Positions 49,280 through 61,109 are shown, numbered from the stretch's first letter. The stretch: 64,000 nucleotides of DNA from Planktothrix sp. GU0601_MAG3 (GCA_035193785.1 CP136572.1:576001-640000); one strand, 5' to 3'. Program-made: numbers and translations. The notes: generated by a model from the letters alone, not told the origin.

Positions 49280-49340
49280 TTTTAAGAAAAACTCCAAATT
49301 AGGTCAGAAAACTGAAATTTTCTTGATCTTTTCTGAGGGT

Positions 49341-49608
49341 AGATCCCCCAAAATCCCCCTTTTTAATGGGACTTTGACTTCTTTAATTTACCCTTTGAAA
49401 AAGGAAGACTTTAACTTCAAGTTCCCCTCTTTTTAAGGGGGGCTAGGGGCAGGGCTGTTTCATTCTTTGTAGGGGCAATCCCCCCGTGGTTGCCCCAATC
49501 CCTGAAACGCCTGCAAATCTGGGATGGGGAGGGTAGGCACGGGGGCACTACCCCTACAAAACCCGGGTTTCCCTGAGAATGAAACAGCCCTGGGGCTAGG
49601 GGGGATCT
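49341..49608. repeat. CCCCCTT..AAGGGGG-type miniature inverted-repeat element interrupted by a MITE
   Basis: Ends agatcccccaaaatccccctttttaa ... ttttaaggggggctagggggatct. Confidence 0.65.
49450..49592. mobile_element. 143-bp MITE with internal REP-like doublet
   Basis: TIRs CAGGGCTGTTTCATTC/GAATGAAACAGCCCTG; 10-bp direct repeat GGGCTAGGGG on both flanks. Confidence 0.9.
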
Positions 49609-49632
49609 AAATCCAGAATTAAAATTGATTAA

Positions 49633-50965
49633 TTATGTCGCTTCCATTTTGTATTTTTCCCCTTTCTTGGGATCAGTCCAGTCACAACCAAAGCCCTTTG
49701 TAGCGGGTACAAATTGGTTCCAGGGAATCGGATCAACTGGGCCTTCCGTTGCCCAAACAATATTAAATAATCCATCATCCCGTACCTGTCCCATCCGCAC
49801 GGTTTTAGAAATATGATGGTTGGGGAACATCGTCACTTTGCCTTCGGGAGCATCAAAACTTTGACCGATAGCTGCCAATCTAACCTTCTCTAAATCATCA
49901 GCAGTTCCGGCTTTTTCTACGGCTTGTTTCCACAAATAGACCATCAAATAAGCGGCTTCCATCGGGTCATTTGTTACCCGGTCTTGTCCATATTCAGCCC
50001 TAAATGCTTCCACCCATTTCTTATTAGCGGGAGTGTCAACGGTTTGGAAATAGTTCCAAGCGGCATAGTGACCCAAAAGGAATTCCTTCCCAATTTGTCG
50101 CACTTCTTCTTCACCAATACTGACTGACATCACCGGATATTTTTCCGGGGTCATTCCCGCCCCCTGTAACTGTTTGAAGAAGGCTACATTACTATCTCCA
50201 TTCAAACTATTAAAAATTACACCGCCATCGGGTAATGCTTGTTTGATTTTAGTAATAATTGGGGTAACTTCCGTATTCCCCAAAGGTAAGTAATCTTCCC
50301 CTACGGTTGTACCACCAATAGCTGTTAATTGTTCCTTAATAATATTGTTGGCTGTGCGGGGAAAAACATAGTCAGAACCTACTAGGAAAAACTCCTTGCC
50401 CTTATTATCAAATAACCATTGTACGGCGGGTTCAATTTGTTGGTTGGGGGCGGCTCCGGTGTAAAAAATGTTTTTAGAACATTCTTGACCTTCATATTGA
50501 AACCGGATACCATAACATATGATTTCTCGATTCAAATACATCTTTTACCGCTTTCCGACTAGCAGATGTCCAGCAACCAAAAACAGTAACAACTTTATCT
50601 TGGTCGATCAATTTTTGAGCTTTTTCGGCAAAAGTTGGCCAGTCAGAAGCACCATCTTCAACTACGGCTTCAATTTGTTTACCCAGTACCCCACCATTGG
50701 CATTAATTTCTTTAATGGCTAACTTTTCGGCTTCTACAACGGTGGTTTCACTAATTGCCATCGTTCCACTCAAGGAGTGAAGAATTCCCACCTTAATGGT
50801 ATCGCCACCACCGCTTGGGGTTGAGGCTGGGGTTTCGGTTGAGGTGGGGGTGGGACTCGTGGTGTTATTGGTGGCATTTTGGGCGCACCCTTTGAGGAAC
50901 AGGGTACTCCCAAAGGCTGCCGAACCATAAACTAAGAATTTGCGTCTACCGAAATTTTTTTTCAC
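49633..50965 (-). CDS. urtA: Urea ABC transporter substrate-binding lipoprotein; +1 at ~50501
   Basis: [26 protein letters not shown], corrected [20 protein letters not shown]. Confidence 0.93.
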
Positions 50966-51152
50966 GATAACTATTTATGAATTTTACTTGAAAATTCGCC
51001 CAAATAATGGGCTATTTTCTTGACCATATCTATAACCATAAATCGGTTAAACTGAAACATCGAGCATTAGGTAAAATTGCTGAAAAATTAACAACAATTG
51101 ACTGCGATTCGATGAATATATGGGGATGGGCAATTTTCTATTCCGGCTTTGA

Positions 51153-51194
51153 ATACTAGAGGAATTTGGCATGGTAAATTGTAATCTACAATAC
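51153..51194 (-). promoter_or_regulatory. NtcA-activated promoter of urtABCDE
   Basis: GTA-N8-TAC at 51181-51194, then 22 nt, then TAGTAT (TAN3T) on the minus strand. Confidence 0.85.
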
Positions 51195-51247
51195 AAAATA
51201 TGGGAAGTTAAACCCAGTTTCCCCCCTGAGTAAGGGGGGCGGGGGAG

Positions 51248-54200
51248 TTAAACGTAATAATCTTGAATCGCTTTCACTTCCAGGGGAGTAGACTTTAAGG
51301 AACGAATCGCCGCCACCGTTGCCTTAGCCCCAGCAATAGTGGTAATAATCGGGATTTTATAGGCTAAAGCCGAACGACGGATCATAATTCCATCGGTGCG
51401 GGACTCCTCACCAGAAGGGGTAATAATAGCCAACTGCACCGCCTGGTTTTTGATGGCGTCCAAAATATTCGGCCGTCCTTCGTGCAGTTTCAACTCCATC
51501 TCCACTTTCACCTCATTTTCCCAAAGCACTTTGCGAGTCCCAATGGTCGCGGTGACTTTGAACCCTAAAGCCAAGAAATCCCGAACCACGGGGACAATTG
51601 CCTGTTTATCCCGTTCATTCACAGAAATAAACACCGTCCCCGATAGGGGTAACACCTGTCCGGCGGCCAGTTCTGCCTTAGCAAAGGCTTTACCAAACTC
51701 GGTATCAATACCCATAACTTCCCCCGTAGAGCGCATTTCCGGCCCTAACAGCACATCCGTACCAGGGAATTTGGCAAAGGGTAACACGGCTTCTTTCACA
51801 GAAACGTGGGTAGGAATGATTTCTTCGGTAAAGCCTAATTCGATTAAACTTTTGCCCGACATCACCCGGGAAGCAATTTTGGCTAAGGGAACCCCAATCG
51901 CCTTAGAGACAAAGGGAACAGTTCGAGACGCCCGGGGATTAGCCTCTAAAATAAACACATTTTCCCCCTGTATACCGCAAACTGAATATTCATTAACCCG
52001 ACCACATTTAAGGCCTTGGCCAGTTCAATGGTTTGACGGCGAATGGTGGTAACAGCGGCTTCGGAGAGGGTTTGGAAGGGAATCGAACAAGCGGAGTCCC
52101 CAGAGTGAATTCCAGCCTGTTCGATATGTTCCATAATCCCGCCAATCACCACGTTTCCCTGTTGGTCGGCGATCGCATCCACATCAACTTCTATGGCATT
52201 TTGCAGGAACTGATCGACTAAAATCGGGTGATCGGGTTCGACATGAACGGCAAACAGCATATATCGTTCTAATTCCTCATCGGAATAGACGATTTCCATG
52301 GCCCGTCCCCCTAACACATAGGAAGGACGCACCACCACCGGATATCCAATCCGCTGCGCCACTTTCAAGGCTTCTTTGAAACTGCGGGCCATGCCATTTT
52401 CGGCTTGTAAAATATTCAATTTCCGCAGAATTTTCTCAAACCGTTCTCGGTCTTCCGCAATATCAATCGAGTCGGGAGAAGTTCCCCAAATCTTGGTTTT
52501 TAGGGTGGTTTTTTCTAAGGCTCGTTGCAGAGGTAAGGCTAACTTCAGAGGAGTTTGACCACCGAATTGAATAATAATTCCTTCCGGTTCTTCCGCTTCA
52601 ATAATATTCAGAACATCCTCTTTGGTTAGGGGTTCAAAATATAAGCGATCGCTCGTATCATAGTCGGTGGAAACGGTTTCTGGGTTGGAGTTAACCATGA
52701 TGGTTTCATAGCCATCCGCGCGTAAAGAATAGGAGGCATGACAACAACAATAATCAAACTCAATCCCCTGTCCAATGCGGTTTGGGCCACCACCTAAAAT
52801 CATTACCTTGGGTTTAGTCGAGGGTAAAATTTCGTCTTCTTCCCAATAGGTTGAATAATAATAGGGTGTGGTTGATTCAAATTCCGCCGCACAGGTATCC
52901 ACCATTTTATAAACGGGTTTTACTCCCAATCCTTTGCGGTATTCCCGGACTTCATCCTCAGTAGTTTTGGTGGCAAAGGCAATTTGGCGATCGCTAAATC
53001 CTTGACGTTTCACCGCTAACAGTTTATCTGGTTTTAACTCTTTTAGGGAACTGCGTTTGAGGAATTTTTCCGTTTCTAAGATTTCCTGCATTTTATCTAA
53101 AAACCAAGGATCAATTCCGGTAAGTTCATAGATTTCTTCTACCGTCATTCCCAACACCATCGCATTCCGCACCGTTAAAATCCTTTCTGGATTCGGTGTG
53201 CGTAAACCGGAGCGAATATGATCCAAACTAGAGAGTTTTTCCGAGCGATCGCAACCCCAACCTGCTAACCCGGTTTCCAAAGATCGTAGGGCTTTTTGGA
53301 AGGATTCACAGAAGGTGCCACCAATCGCCATCGCTTCCCCGACGGACTTCATTTGGGTAGTTAAAACTGGTTCCGAACCGGGGAATTTTTCAAAGGCAAA
53401 CCGGGGAATTTTGGTCACCACATAATCAATTGTGGGTTCAAAGGAAGCCGGGGTTTTCTTAGTAATATCATTACTGATTTCATCTAAGGTATATCCCACC
53501 GATAATTTCGCCGCAAATTTAGCGATCGGGAATCCCGTGGCTTTGGAAGCCAAGGCTGAAGACCGACTCACCCGGGGGTTCATCTCAATCACAATGAAAT
53601 CCCCCGTCACCGGATTAACGGCAAATTGAATATTAGATCCCCCGGTTTCTACCCCAATTTCTCGGATAATTTTAATCGAGGCATCCCGCAATCTTTGATA
53701 TTCTTTATCGGTTAAGGTTTGGGCGGGAGCAACGGTAATTGAATCCCCCGTATGTATCCCCATGGGATCGATATTTTCAATCGAACAAATAATCACCACG
53801 TTATCAGCTAGATCCCGCATGACCTCTAATTCGTATTCTTTCCAACCAATTAAGGATTGTTCGATTAAAATTTGAGAATTGGGAGACGCATCTAAACCGG
53901 ATTGAGCAATTTCTTCAAATTCTTCTTGGTTATAGGCAATACCGCCCCCGGTTCCTCCCATGGTAAAGGCCGGACGAATAATTAACGGGTAGCTCCCAAT
54001 TTGATGTCCCACCTGAATCGCTTCACTCATGGTATTAGCAATTCCCGAGGGACAACAGGCCACGCCGATTTTTTCCATGGCTTCTTTGAAACAGTTGCCG
54101 ATCTTCGGCTTTTTCAATGGCTTCTAATTTAGCCCCAATCAGTTCGACGCCATATTTTTCTAAGGTACCATTCCTGGCGAGGGAAACCGCTAAGTTAAGG

Positions 54201-54484
54201 GCGGTTTGACCTCCCATGGTGGGTAATAGGGCGTCGGGACGTTCTTTTTCGATTACCTTGGCTACGATTTCGGGAACTAGAGGCTCAATATAGGTGCGTT
54301 CGGCCGTTTCTGGATCAGTCATAATCGTCGCCGGGTTGGAGTTGACCAACACGACTTCATAGCCTTCTTCTCGCAGGGCTTTACAGGCTTGAGTTCCTGA
54401 ATAGTCGAACTCACAGGCTTGTCCAATCACAATCGGCCCAGAACCCAGGAGCAAAATTTTCTTTATGTCTGTACGTTTCGGCAT
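51248..54484 (-). CDS. carB: Carbamoyl-phosphate synthase large subunit; frame breaks at ~54090 and ~51972
   Basis: [56 protein letters not shown]. Confidence 0.96.
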
Positions 54485-54705
54485 TATGAATTCTGTGTAT
54501 ATCAGTTGACGTTTAGCTTCATTAAACGGGATTGAGTATACAACTTACTCTTAAGTCTCTAAACATTTTAAGGTTATCCCTTTATATTCTTGTGAACTGT
54601 TTGATTAAACCTTGACAAATCCGGTTTTGTGTTTTTTTACAAAAATTTAAAATTTTCGGGGTTGCCACCGGGTGCGCCACCGTGCTATATTAATGATATT
54701 GGTAA

Positions 54706-54766
54706 TTATAGTGTAATGGGGTGGTTGCAAAAATTTTAAAATTGCGACCACCCCATTATACTATAA
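54706..54766 (+). ncRNA. Candidate small RNA / long hairpin
   Basis: 25-bp arms whose only two mismatches are G-U pairs on the + strand; promoter-like TTGCCA-18-TATATT at 54662-54691. Confidence 0.4.
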
Positions 54767-54941
54767 ACATCTTCCCACGAATCCGTGGCCCTGTCAAGGG
54801 GGAATCCAGTTTTTTTTTCGATTTTTGGTAAATTTTTATAATGATTGGGTCGGTAGACTTTATCGACAATTAATGGGAGACTAAGACCAAATGGTTAACA
54901 TCCTGTCAGTTTAGCCAACCTGTTTTTAGCTGCGAGTTATT

Positions 54942-55229
54942 ATGCCCAGAATGCCTGATGAATATGTGGTTCACATCATGATTGAGGGGGGTCATCGAGA
55001 AGAAATTAAGTTTCCCACGATGCAAGACTTTCAGGTGTGGTACAACAAAGTTTTACTGCCCAAATTTGATAGTAGTGAATTTGTCAATGTTCCCATCAAA
55101 CAACGGGCAGAAGATAATAATGCTAAAGAATATATGGTTGTTCGTCCCAATGCGATTAAAGCGATTCGGGTCGAACCTGTGTTCAACTCCAGTATTGACC
55201 GTCGCATGGTTGATGAACCCGATATTTAA
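54942..55229 (+). CDS. Conserved cyanobacterial hypothetical protein
   Basis: 95-aa ORF MPRMPDEYVVHIMIEGGHREEIKF. Confidence 0.65.
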   Translation: MPRMPDEYVVHIMIEGGHREEIKFPTMQDFQVWYNKVLLPKFDSSEFVNVPIKQRAEDNNAKEYMVVRPNAIKAIRVEPVFNSSIDRRMVDEPDI

Positions 55230-55230
55230 A

Positions 55231-55360
55231 GTAGTAAGCCCTTTAGGGCTTATTCAATTATTTATGTTAATGAGAAAGCCCTGAAGGGTTTACTACAATA
55301 GGATAAAGCCCTGAAGGGCTTACTACGAAATGATACAGCCCTGAAGGGCTTACTACGAGA
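55231..55360. repeat. Cluster of four REP-like units (AAGCCCTGAAGGGCTTACTAC)
   Basis: One inverted and three direct copies with short linkers. Confidence 0.85.
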
Positions 55361-55361
55361 A

Positions 55362-56277
55362 GTGAACACAGTGCAAGTTATTGGGATCGATTTAGGTGGG
55401 ACGGCGATAAAATTGGGCTGTTTTGCATCCGACGGAACTTGTTATCAGTCCTTAACGGTTCCCACTCCTCAACCGGCGACACCAGAAGCGGTGTTAATGG
55501 CAATAGTTGGGGGTATAGCACAAATCAGGGAAAATGTCAATAGTATTCGAGCGATCGGATTAGGAACTCCTGGGCCTGTGGATGGGACGGGAAAAATTGC
55601 GAAGGTGGCGATTAATTTGGCCGGATGGCGGGATGTTCCCTTAGCTAATTGGTTAGAGGAAAAAACGGGTTTACCTGTGATTTTAGCTAATGATGCTAAC
55701 TGTGCTGGGTTAGGGGAAGCGTGGTTAGGGGCGGGGCGACGGTTTCAAAATTTAATCCTATTAACATTAGGAACTGGGGTAGGCGGGGCGATTATTTTAA
55801 ATGGGGAATTATTTGTCGGACATCGAGGGGCGGCGGCGGAATTAGGATTAATTAGTCTTAATTTTGATGGCCCTATTTGTAATAGTGGAAATCGGGGTTC
55901 CTTAGAACAATATACTTCAGTTCAAGCTATTCGCAGGGATACGGGATTAGAACCCGCAGAATTAGCGGAAAAAGCCTTAGCAGGGGATGAAAAAGCGATC
56001 GAATATTGGCAAGAATATGGCAAGTTATTAGGAGTAGGATTAGCGAATTTAATTTATGTTTTAACCCCGGAAGCGATAATTTTAGGCGGGGGAATTAGTG
56101 CGGGGGCTGATTTATTTTTCCCGGCGATGAAAGCGGAATTGGAACAAAGAGTATTATTTAGTTTCCAGAGAGGGGTTAGAAATATTAATTGCGGAATTAG
56201 GAAATCAAGCGGGAATGATTGGGGCGGCAAAATTAGCGTTTCAGAAGTTTGTTAAGATTGAGGATCAGCTTGATTGA
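55362..56277 (+). CDS. ROK-family sugar kinase; +1 at ~56163
   Basis: GIDLGGT, NDANCAGLGE, GTGVGG, CNSGNRGSLE; corrected LGNQAGMIGAA. Confidence 0.88.
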
Positions 56278-56328
56278 TAAGTTAATCCTTTTGCTGCAAC
56301 CATTCCTGACTGGATTTCCTAAAATATA

Positions 56329-57505
56329 TCAAGGATGTTTAGCGGCTTCAGTTTCATAACATTTAATAATTAAATCAGAAAGCTGATCTAAATCATCAAC
56401 GGATGAAATAATCACCTTTGAAGCTGCATCTCCCAGCGAAGCTGAAATTTCTTGCACTTCAAAACCTGCCGCTAATGCTTTTACTTCATCAATCGGTAAT
56501 CGAGTGACAAAGCTTTTCTTTTTCGGTGTTAAATACAACCTTAAGAACCACCAATTTGGCTTACCGACATGGACACCAAAATAAGAAACAACATCTTTAT
56601 ATTGAACGTCTAATTTATAAGTTTTAGAACAAGCAGCAATTATTTTAACTTTTTCAAATGCTTCTAGTTCTTCATCAGTTGTTTCTATGTTTGATGCTTC
56701 TAACTCTGGTTCTATTCTTTCAATATCATCAACTTCAGTAGAAACGATTACTTCACTTTTTTCACCCATTTCTCTACTAATTGATTGCGTCATTAACTCA
56801 ACTAAACTATTCTGAATAGACTTTTTAACAATAAGTTTGAATTTTTCAATAATTTTACTTGTAACTCGACCTTCTACCGCACAATTAGGACTGACTGTGC
56901 TCAGTTGATCAACCAAAAACCGAATAAAAAGATCTGAGGGATCACGGAGAAGATTATCGATCAGTTTAGTCATTCCTTGAAGATAAACCATCTCCTCTGC
57001 TTGGCGTTTGATTAGGCTTGAATCAAAATTATCTCGATGAAAAAGCTTGATATTTTCAATCTGTTTTTGCTCATAATTAAGGATATTGAAACTAAAAAAA
57101 GGTTCCTCATCCATGACATTCTCATGGCGCAAATCCGTGAAAAACCGATATTCAATGCCATTCGTAACAATAGCGACTTTTGTTTTTACTAGACTATTAA
57201 AATATTTCCTTAACTGACCATCATGAGCAGTTGGTTTTTGATCACGCCCTTTTGCTTCTACAATCATCACGATATCGCCGTTGATTGCTATAGCATAATC
57301 TACTTTTTCAAACTGTCCTGCTTTTTTAGTAGCGAAATCGGCAATAAACTCAGGGATCACCTCTGTTGGGTCAAAAACATCATAGCCAAGCACACTGAAA
57401 AAAGGGATAATTAAGCCCATTTTGGTCGCTTCCTCACCTGTCACCAACTCAGCCCGTTTACGCACTTGTTTCTGCTACTTTCGCAATGTCCTCAACAAAA
57501 ACCAT
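56329..57505 (-). CDS. Stand-alone HsdR-N-terminal-like (PD-(D/E)XK) nuclease domain protein; +1 at ~57470
   Basis: EEATKMGLIIPFFSVLGYDVFDPTEV.PE, EKVDYAI, IVEAK, QLRKYF, TNGIEYRFFTD. Confidence 0.8.
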
Positions 57506-57574
57506 GTTGCTTTCTCCAACAATAGGCTGTACTCAATCTCTATTGTAGAGCTAAAGGAACCTCCATTGTTATTT

Positions 57575-57644
57575 TATATTATCAGAATTCAACTTTTTGA
57601 TATCTTTTAAAAGCATCACCGCTAAATTCAATCTTCCAAACCAT
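57575..57644 (-). pseudogene. RelE/YoeB-like toxin 5' remnant
   Basis: MVWKIEFSGDAFK overlapping the antitoxin stop, then frame break and stop. Confidence 0.45.
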
Positions 57645-57807
57645 CTAACGTCCTCATAAATTCTGCTTCCGATACCCAATCATTTAACTGTTCAGCTTTT
57701 TTGATTTCGGACATAAAACCAGGTATAGATTGTAAATAAAGTGTTTCTTGCAAACTTTCCCAGTCTTCTTTTTCAAAATGTTGGGTTGAGTCAATTATAA
57801 TATCCAT
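57628..57807 (-). CDS. Antitoxin-like small protein (Phd/YefM C-terminal-like)
   Basis: KEDWESLQETLYLQSIPG motif. Confidence 0.6.
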   Translation of the reverse strand: MDIIIDSTQHFEKEDWESLQETLYLQSIPGFMSEIKKAEQLNDWVSEAEFMRTLDGLED

Positions 57808-58060
57808 AATAATGAACCCTTTATTTTTGACCAGACTATAAATCTTAATGTTAAGATAACACATTAACACCGATCGCAAATGTGATCAAGGAGTTACAGA
57901 TTTAAACGCTATAATCAAGGTTAATATTGGCCGTTAGGTTTTGGGTATCAGACACCAAAATGTTCAGATGGGTAGAAATCAATTTCAGAAAATAGGAAGA
58001 AACTGAAAATAAAAGTCTACACTAAAGAAAAACGTTATTCTTCTGCATCGGGTTAATCTT

Positions 58061-59594
58061 ATGTCAGAATCTCCAAAATCCATTGCCCAACACTACCATG
58101 AACGCACGAAATATGACCCCGAAACCCTGGGGTTAAAAGGTCAGACCTTGGACTGGGAAAAACAGCCCATTCCTTTTAAAGAGTATAAAATCGGCACGGT
58201 CTTTGATCTTAAACCCTACCTGCGGGATACAGACGAAGCCGTATCTAATGATCCTAAAATCAGACTTTGGCAGCGTTTGTCCCATTTATTGCTGCATAGT
58301 TATGGTTTGACGGCAAAACTCCCCACGGTGGCGGGAGTCCATTATCTGAGGGCGGCACCTTCGGCGGGGGGGTTGTATCCGGCGGAAATCTATTTAATTT
58401 CCAGGGGGACGGCAATTTTATCGCCGGGTTTATATCATTATCAACCCCAAACCCATGCTTTAGTTCAATTTTGGGAAAATCAAGTTTGGCCTGATTTACG
58501 AGATGCTTGTTTTTGGCATCCAGCATTAGAAAATACCCATTTAGCCTTAGTAACAACGGCGGTCTTTTTACGTTCTGCTTGGCGCTATCAAGATCGGGCT
58601 TATCGGCGCATTTGTTTAGATACGGGTCATTTATTAGGTAATATTGAATTAATGGCGGCGATGAATGATTATCGACCCCATTTAATCGGAGGATTTGCGG
58701 ATGATATTCTGAATCAATTGTTATATTTGGATACGAGTGCTGAAGGAGCGATCGCGGTTTTAGCCTTAGCAGATTTATTGGAAATCAATGAAAATTTACC
58801 GATTTCCAGAACGGCTTTACCCTCGGAAACTCAAATAGATTACCCTAATATTCCCGATGGAAAACTGTTGGCTTATTTGCATGAAGCGACAAAATTAGAA
58901 ACGGATTCTTCTGGTAGTCAAGGTTGGAAACTTCTTGATACTGAGGGAAGATTAGAAGATAAATATAATTTTCCGTTTTGTACAAAAATTTCAACGGTAA
59001 CGAGTTTCTATTGATTGGGGTAAAAATTTATCTGGTTTAGAAAAAACAATTTTAAAACGACGATCTACAAGGAGTTATAATGGGGCAGAATTAATGTTAA
59101 ATGAACTTTTAGCCCTGTTAGATTTTACCTATCAACCTTACCATTATATTCATCAAGGTTTAGATGGTTCTCCAGATTATTTTGATTTGAGTTTAATTGA
59201 AACTTTTATTGCAGTTTCTGGAGTCAATGGTTTAGAGGATGGATGTTATTATTATGCTCCCAAAGCTCAAGAATTAAGGCAAATTCGCTTTAAGAATTTT
59301 CGCAAGGAGTTGTACTATTTGTGTTTACAACAGGATTTAGGACGGGATGCGTCGGCGGTATTATTTCATACGGCGGATTTAAAGAAAGCGATCGCTAATT
59401 ATGGGGATCGGGTTTACCGCTATTTACATTTAGATGCTGGTCATCTCGGACAACGCTTGAATTTAGGTGCTGTTTATCTGCGTTTAGGAGTCAGTGGAAT
59501 TGGGGGATTTTTTGATGATCAGGTTAATGAGGTTTTGGGTATTCCTACGGATGAAGCTGTGCTTTATATTACAACATTAGGTAGGCCCAGGTAG
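58061..59594 (+). CDS. SagB/ThcOx-family two-domain nitroreductase-like dehydrogenase; +1 at ~59006
   Basis: HYHERTKY, RAAPSAGGLYPAE, RYQDRAYR, second domain RRSTR...DAGHLGQRL. Confidence 0.85.
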
Positions 59595-59775
59595 AGCAGG
59601 GAACAGGGAAACAGGCAACAGGCAAAAAAACCTCACCATCAGGTTTTCTGAAGCAGTATGAGTTATAACCGCGATGTCTGTGACTGCTATGGCTTCAGTT
59701 TCATCAACTTGGTTATTATGCCTGTTGCGTCAGTCCTGATCCTGTTATTCTGGTAGGATATAGCATTTTAAACCA

Positions 59776-60237
59776 ATGTCATCTTCTGAACCTTCGATAG
59801 AAACCAGTATTACGCCGAAATCTTCTGGAAAAGATGCGGGTTTAGCGCCATTGGTGTTGACTTTGGTAGAACTAATTCGACAGTTAATGGAAGCTCAAGT
59901 TATCCGACGAATGGAAGGAAATACCCTCACTGAAGAAGAATTAGATCGGGCGGCACAGAGTTTACAACAATTAGAAATTCAGGTATTAAAACTATGTGAA
60001 ATCTTTGAAATAGACCCGGCAGACTTGAATATTGAGTTATCGGAATTTGGAACATTATTACCCAAATCAGGAAGCTATTATCCAGGGGAAACTACGCAAA
60101 ATCCTTCGATTTTGGAATTATTAGATCGATTAATGAATACGGGAATTGTGGTCGAAGGAAGTGTAGATTTAGGGTTAGCACAACTGAACTTAATTCATGC
60201 AAAACTAAGATTGGTCTTAACTTCCAAACCTCTCTAA
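59776..60237 (+). CDS. gvpK: Gas vesicle protein K
   Basis: GLAPLVLTLVELIRQLMEAQVIRRM; GvpA-like C-terminus LLDRLMNTGIVV. Confidence 0.9.
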   Translation: MSSSEPSIETSITPKSSGKDAGLAPLVLTLVELIRQLMEAQVIRRMEGNTLTEEELDRAAQSLQQLEIQVLKLCEIFEIDPADLNIELSEFGTLLPKSGSYYPGETTQNPSILELLDRLMNTGIVVEGSVDLGLAQLNLIHAKLRLVLTSKPL

Positions 60238-60360
60238 CTCTTGTCTCATTTCCTCCGGTGTTGTGGTGTTCCCTTCTATATTAGTTTGACGTTAAGGTTT
60301 ATAATAGATATTAGTGCGATCGCTTATACAGCCGACGGGTTTAATTAATAGGGTTTAATT

Positions 60361-61098
60361 ATGGGAAATGGTTTATACTTGTACGGAATTTTACCGACTA
60401 ACCGAGTCCGACCTTTAGCCTTGCATGGGTTAGATAAACAACCGATACAAACCCATCCCGTTGATGAGTTTAGCTTTTTATATTCCGAGACTCAACAGGA
60501 ACGTTATTTAGCCAGTCGGCGCAACCTATTAGGCCATGAAGACGTATTAGAAAAGGTGATGCAACATGGCTATCGAACGGTTTTACCCCTGCAATTTGGA
60601 TTAATTGTAAAAGATTGGGAGAATGTGAAAGAGCAGTTAATTATTCCCTATCAAGATCGGTTAAAAGAATTGTTTCATAAATTAGAAGGAAAACGGGAAG
60701 TTGGGGTGAAAATATTTTGGGAAGAAACGGAAGAATTAAACCTTTTAATGATAGAAAATCAAGAATTAAGGGAAAAACGCGATAGCTTAGAAGGTAAACG
60801 TCTGGGGATGGATGAAATTATCGGTATCGGTCAAGAAATTGAACGGGCGATGCAAGATCGTCAACAGGTAATTATCAATAAATTTCAACAAATATTAGAC
60901 CCCCTAGCAGAAGAAATTGTCGAAAATGATAATTTAACCAGTGCCATGATTTATAACGCGGCTTATTTAATTCCTTGGGATATAGAATCCCAATTTGGGG
61001 ATAAAATTGAAGAACTTGATCACCATTTTAATAACCGCCTGCGAATTCGCTATAATAACTTTACAGCCCCCTTTAATTTTGCCCAACTCAACCCCTAA
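60361..61098 (+). CDS. gvpF: Gas vesicle protein F (GvpL/GvpF family)
   Basis: LYLYGI, YLASRRNLLGHE, VLPLQFG, FTAPFNF. Confidence 0.9.
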   Translation: MGNGLYLYGILPTNRVRPLALHGLDKQPIQTHPVDEFSFLYSETQQERYLASRRNLLGHEDVLEKVMQHGYRTVLPLQFGLIVKDWENVKEQLIIPYQDRLKELFHKLEGKREVGVKIFWEETEELNLLMIENQELREKRDSLEGKRLGMDEIIGIGQEIERAMQDRQQVIINKFQQILDPLAEEIVENDNLTSAMIYNAAYLIPWDIESQFGDKIEELDHHFNNRLRIRYNNFTAPFNFAQLNP

Positions 61099-61109
61099 TC
61101 CGAGGCGTT

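Noticed and set aside
51396..52052. 218-aa + strand ORF and many other short antisense ORFs in the track
   Set aside because: Shadows of well-supported genes on the opposite strand, with no recognisable motifs
54982..55284. Alternative-frame 100-aa ORF
   Set aside because: Overlaps the better-supported ORF 54942-55229 and runs into REP repeats
55231..55360. Possible CRISPR array
   Set aside because: Linkers between the direct copies are only about 8-10 nt, one unit is inverted, units occur singly elsewhere, and there are no cas genes
58061..59594. SagB/ThcOx gene as part of a RiPP (cyanobactin/TOMM) cluster
   Set aside because: No YcaO, protease or precursor peptide nearby; stand-alone copies are common in cyanobacteria
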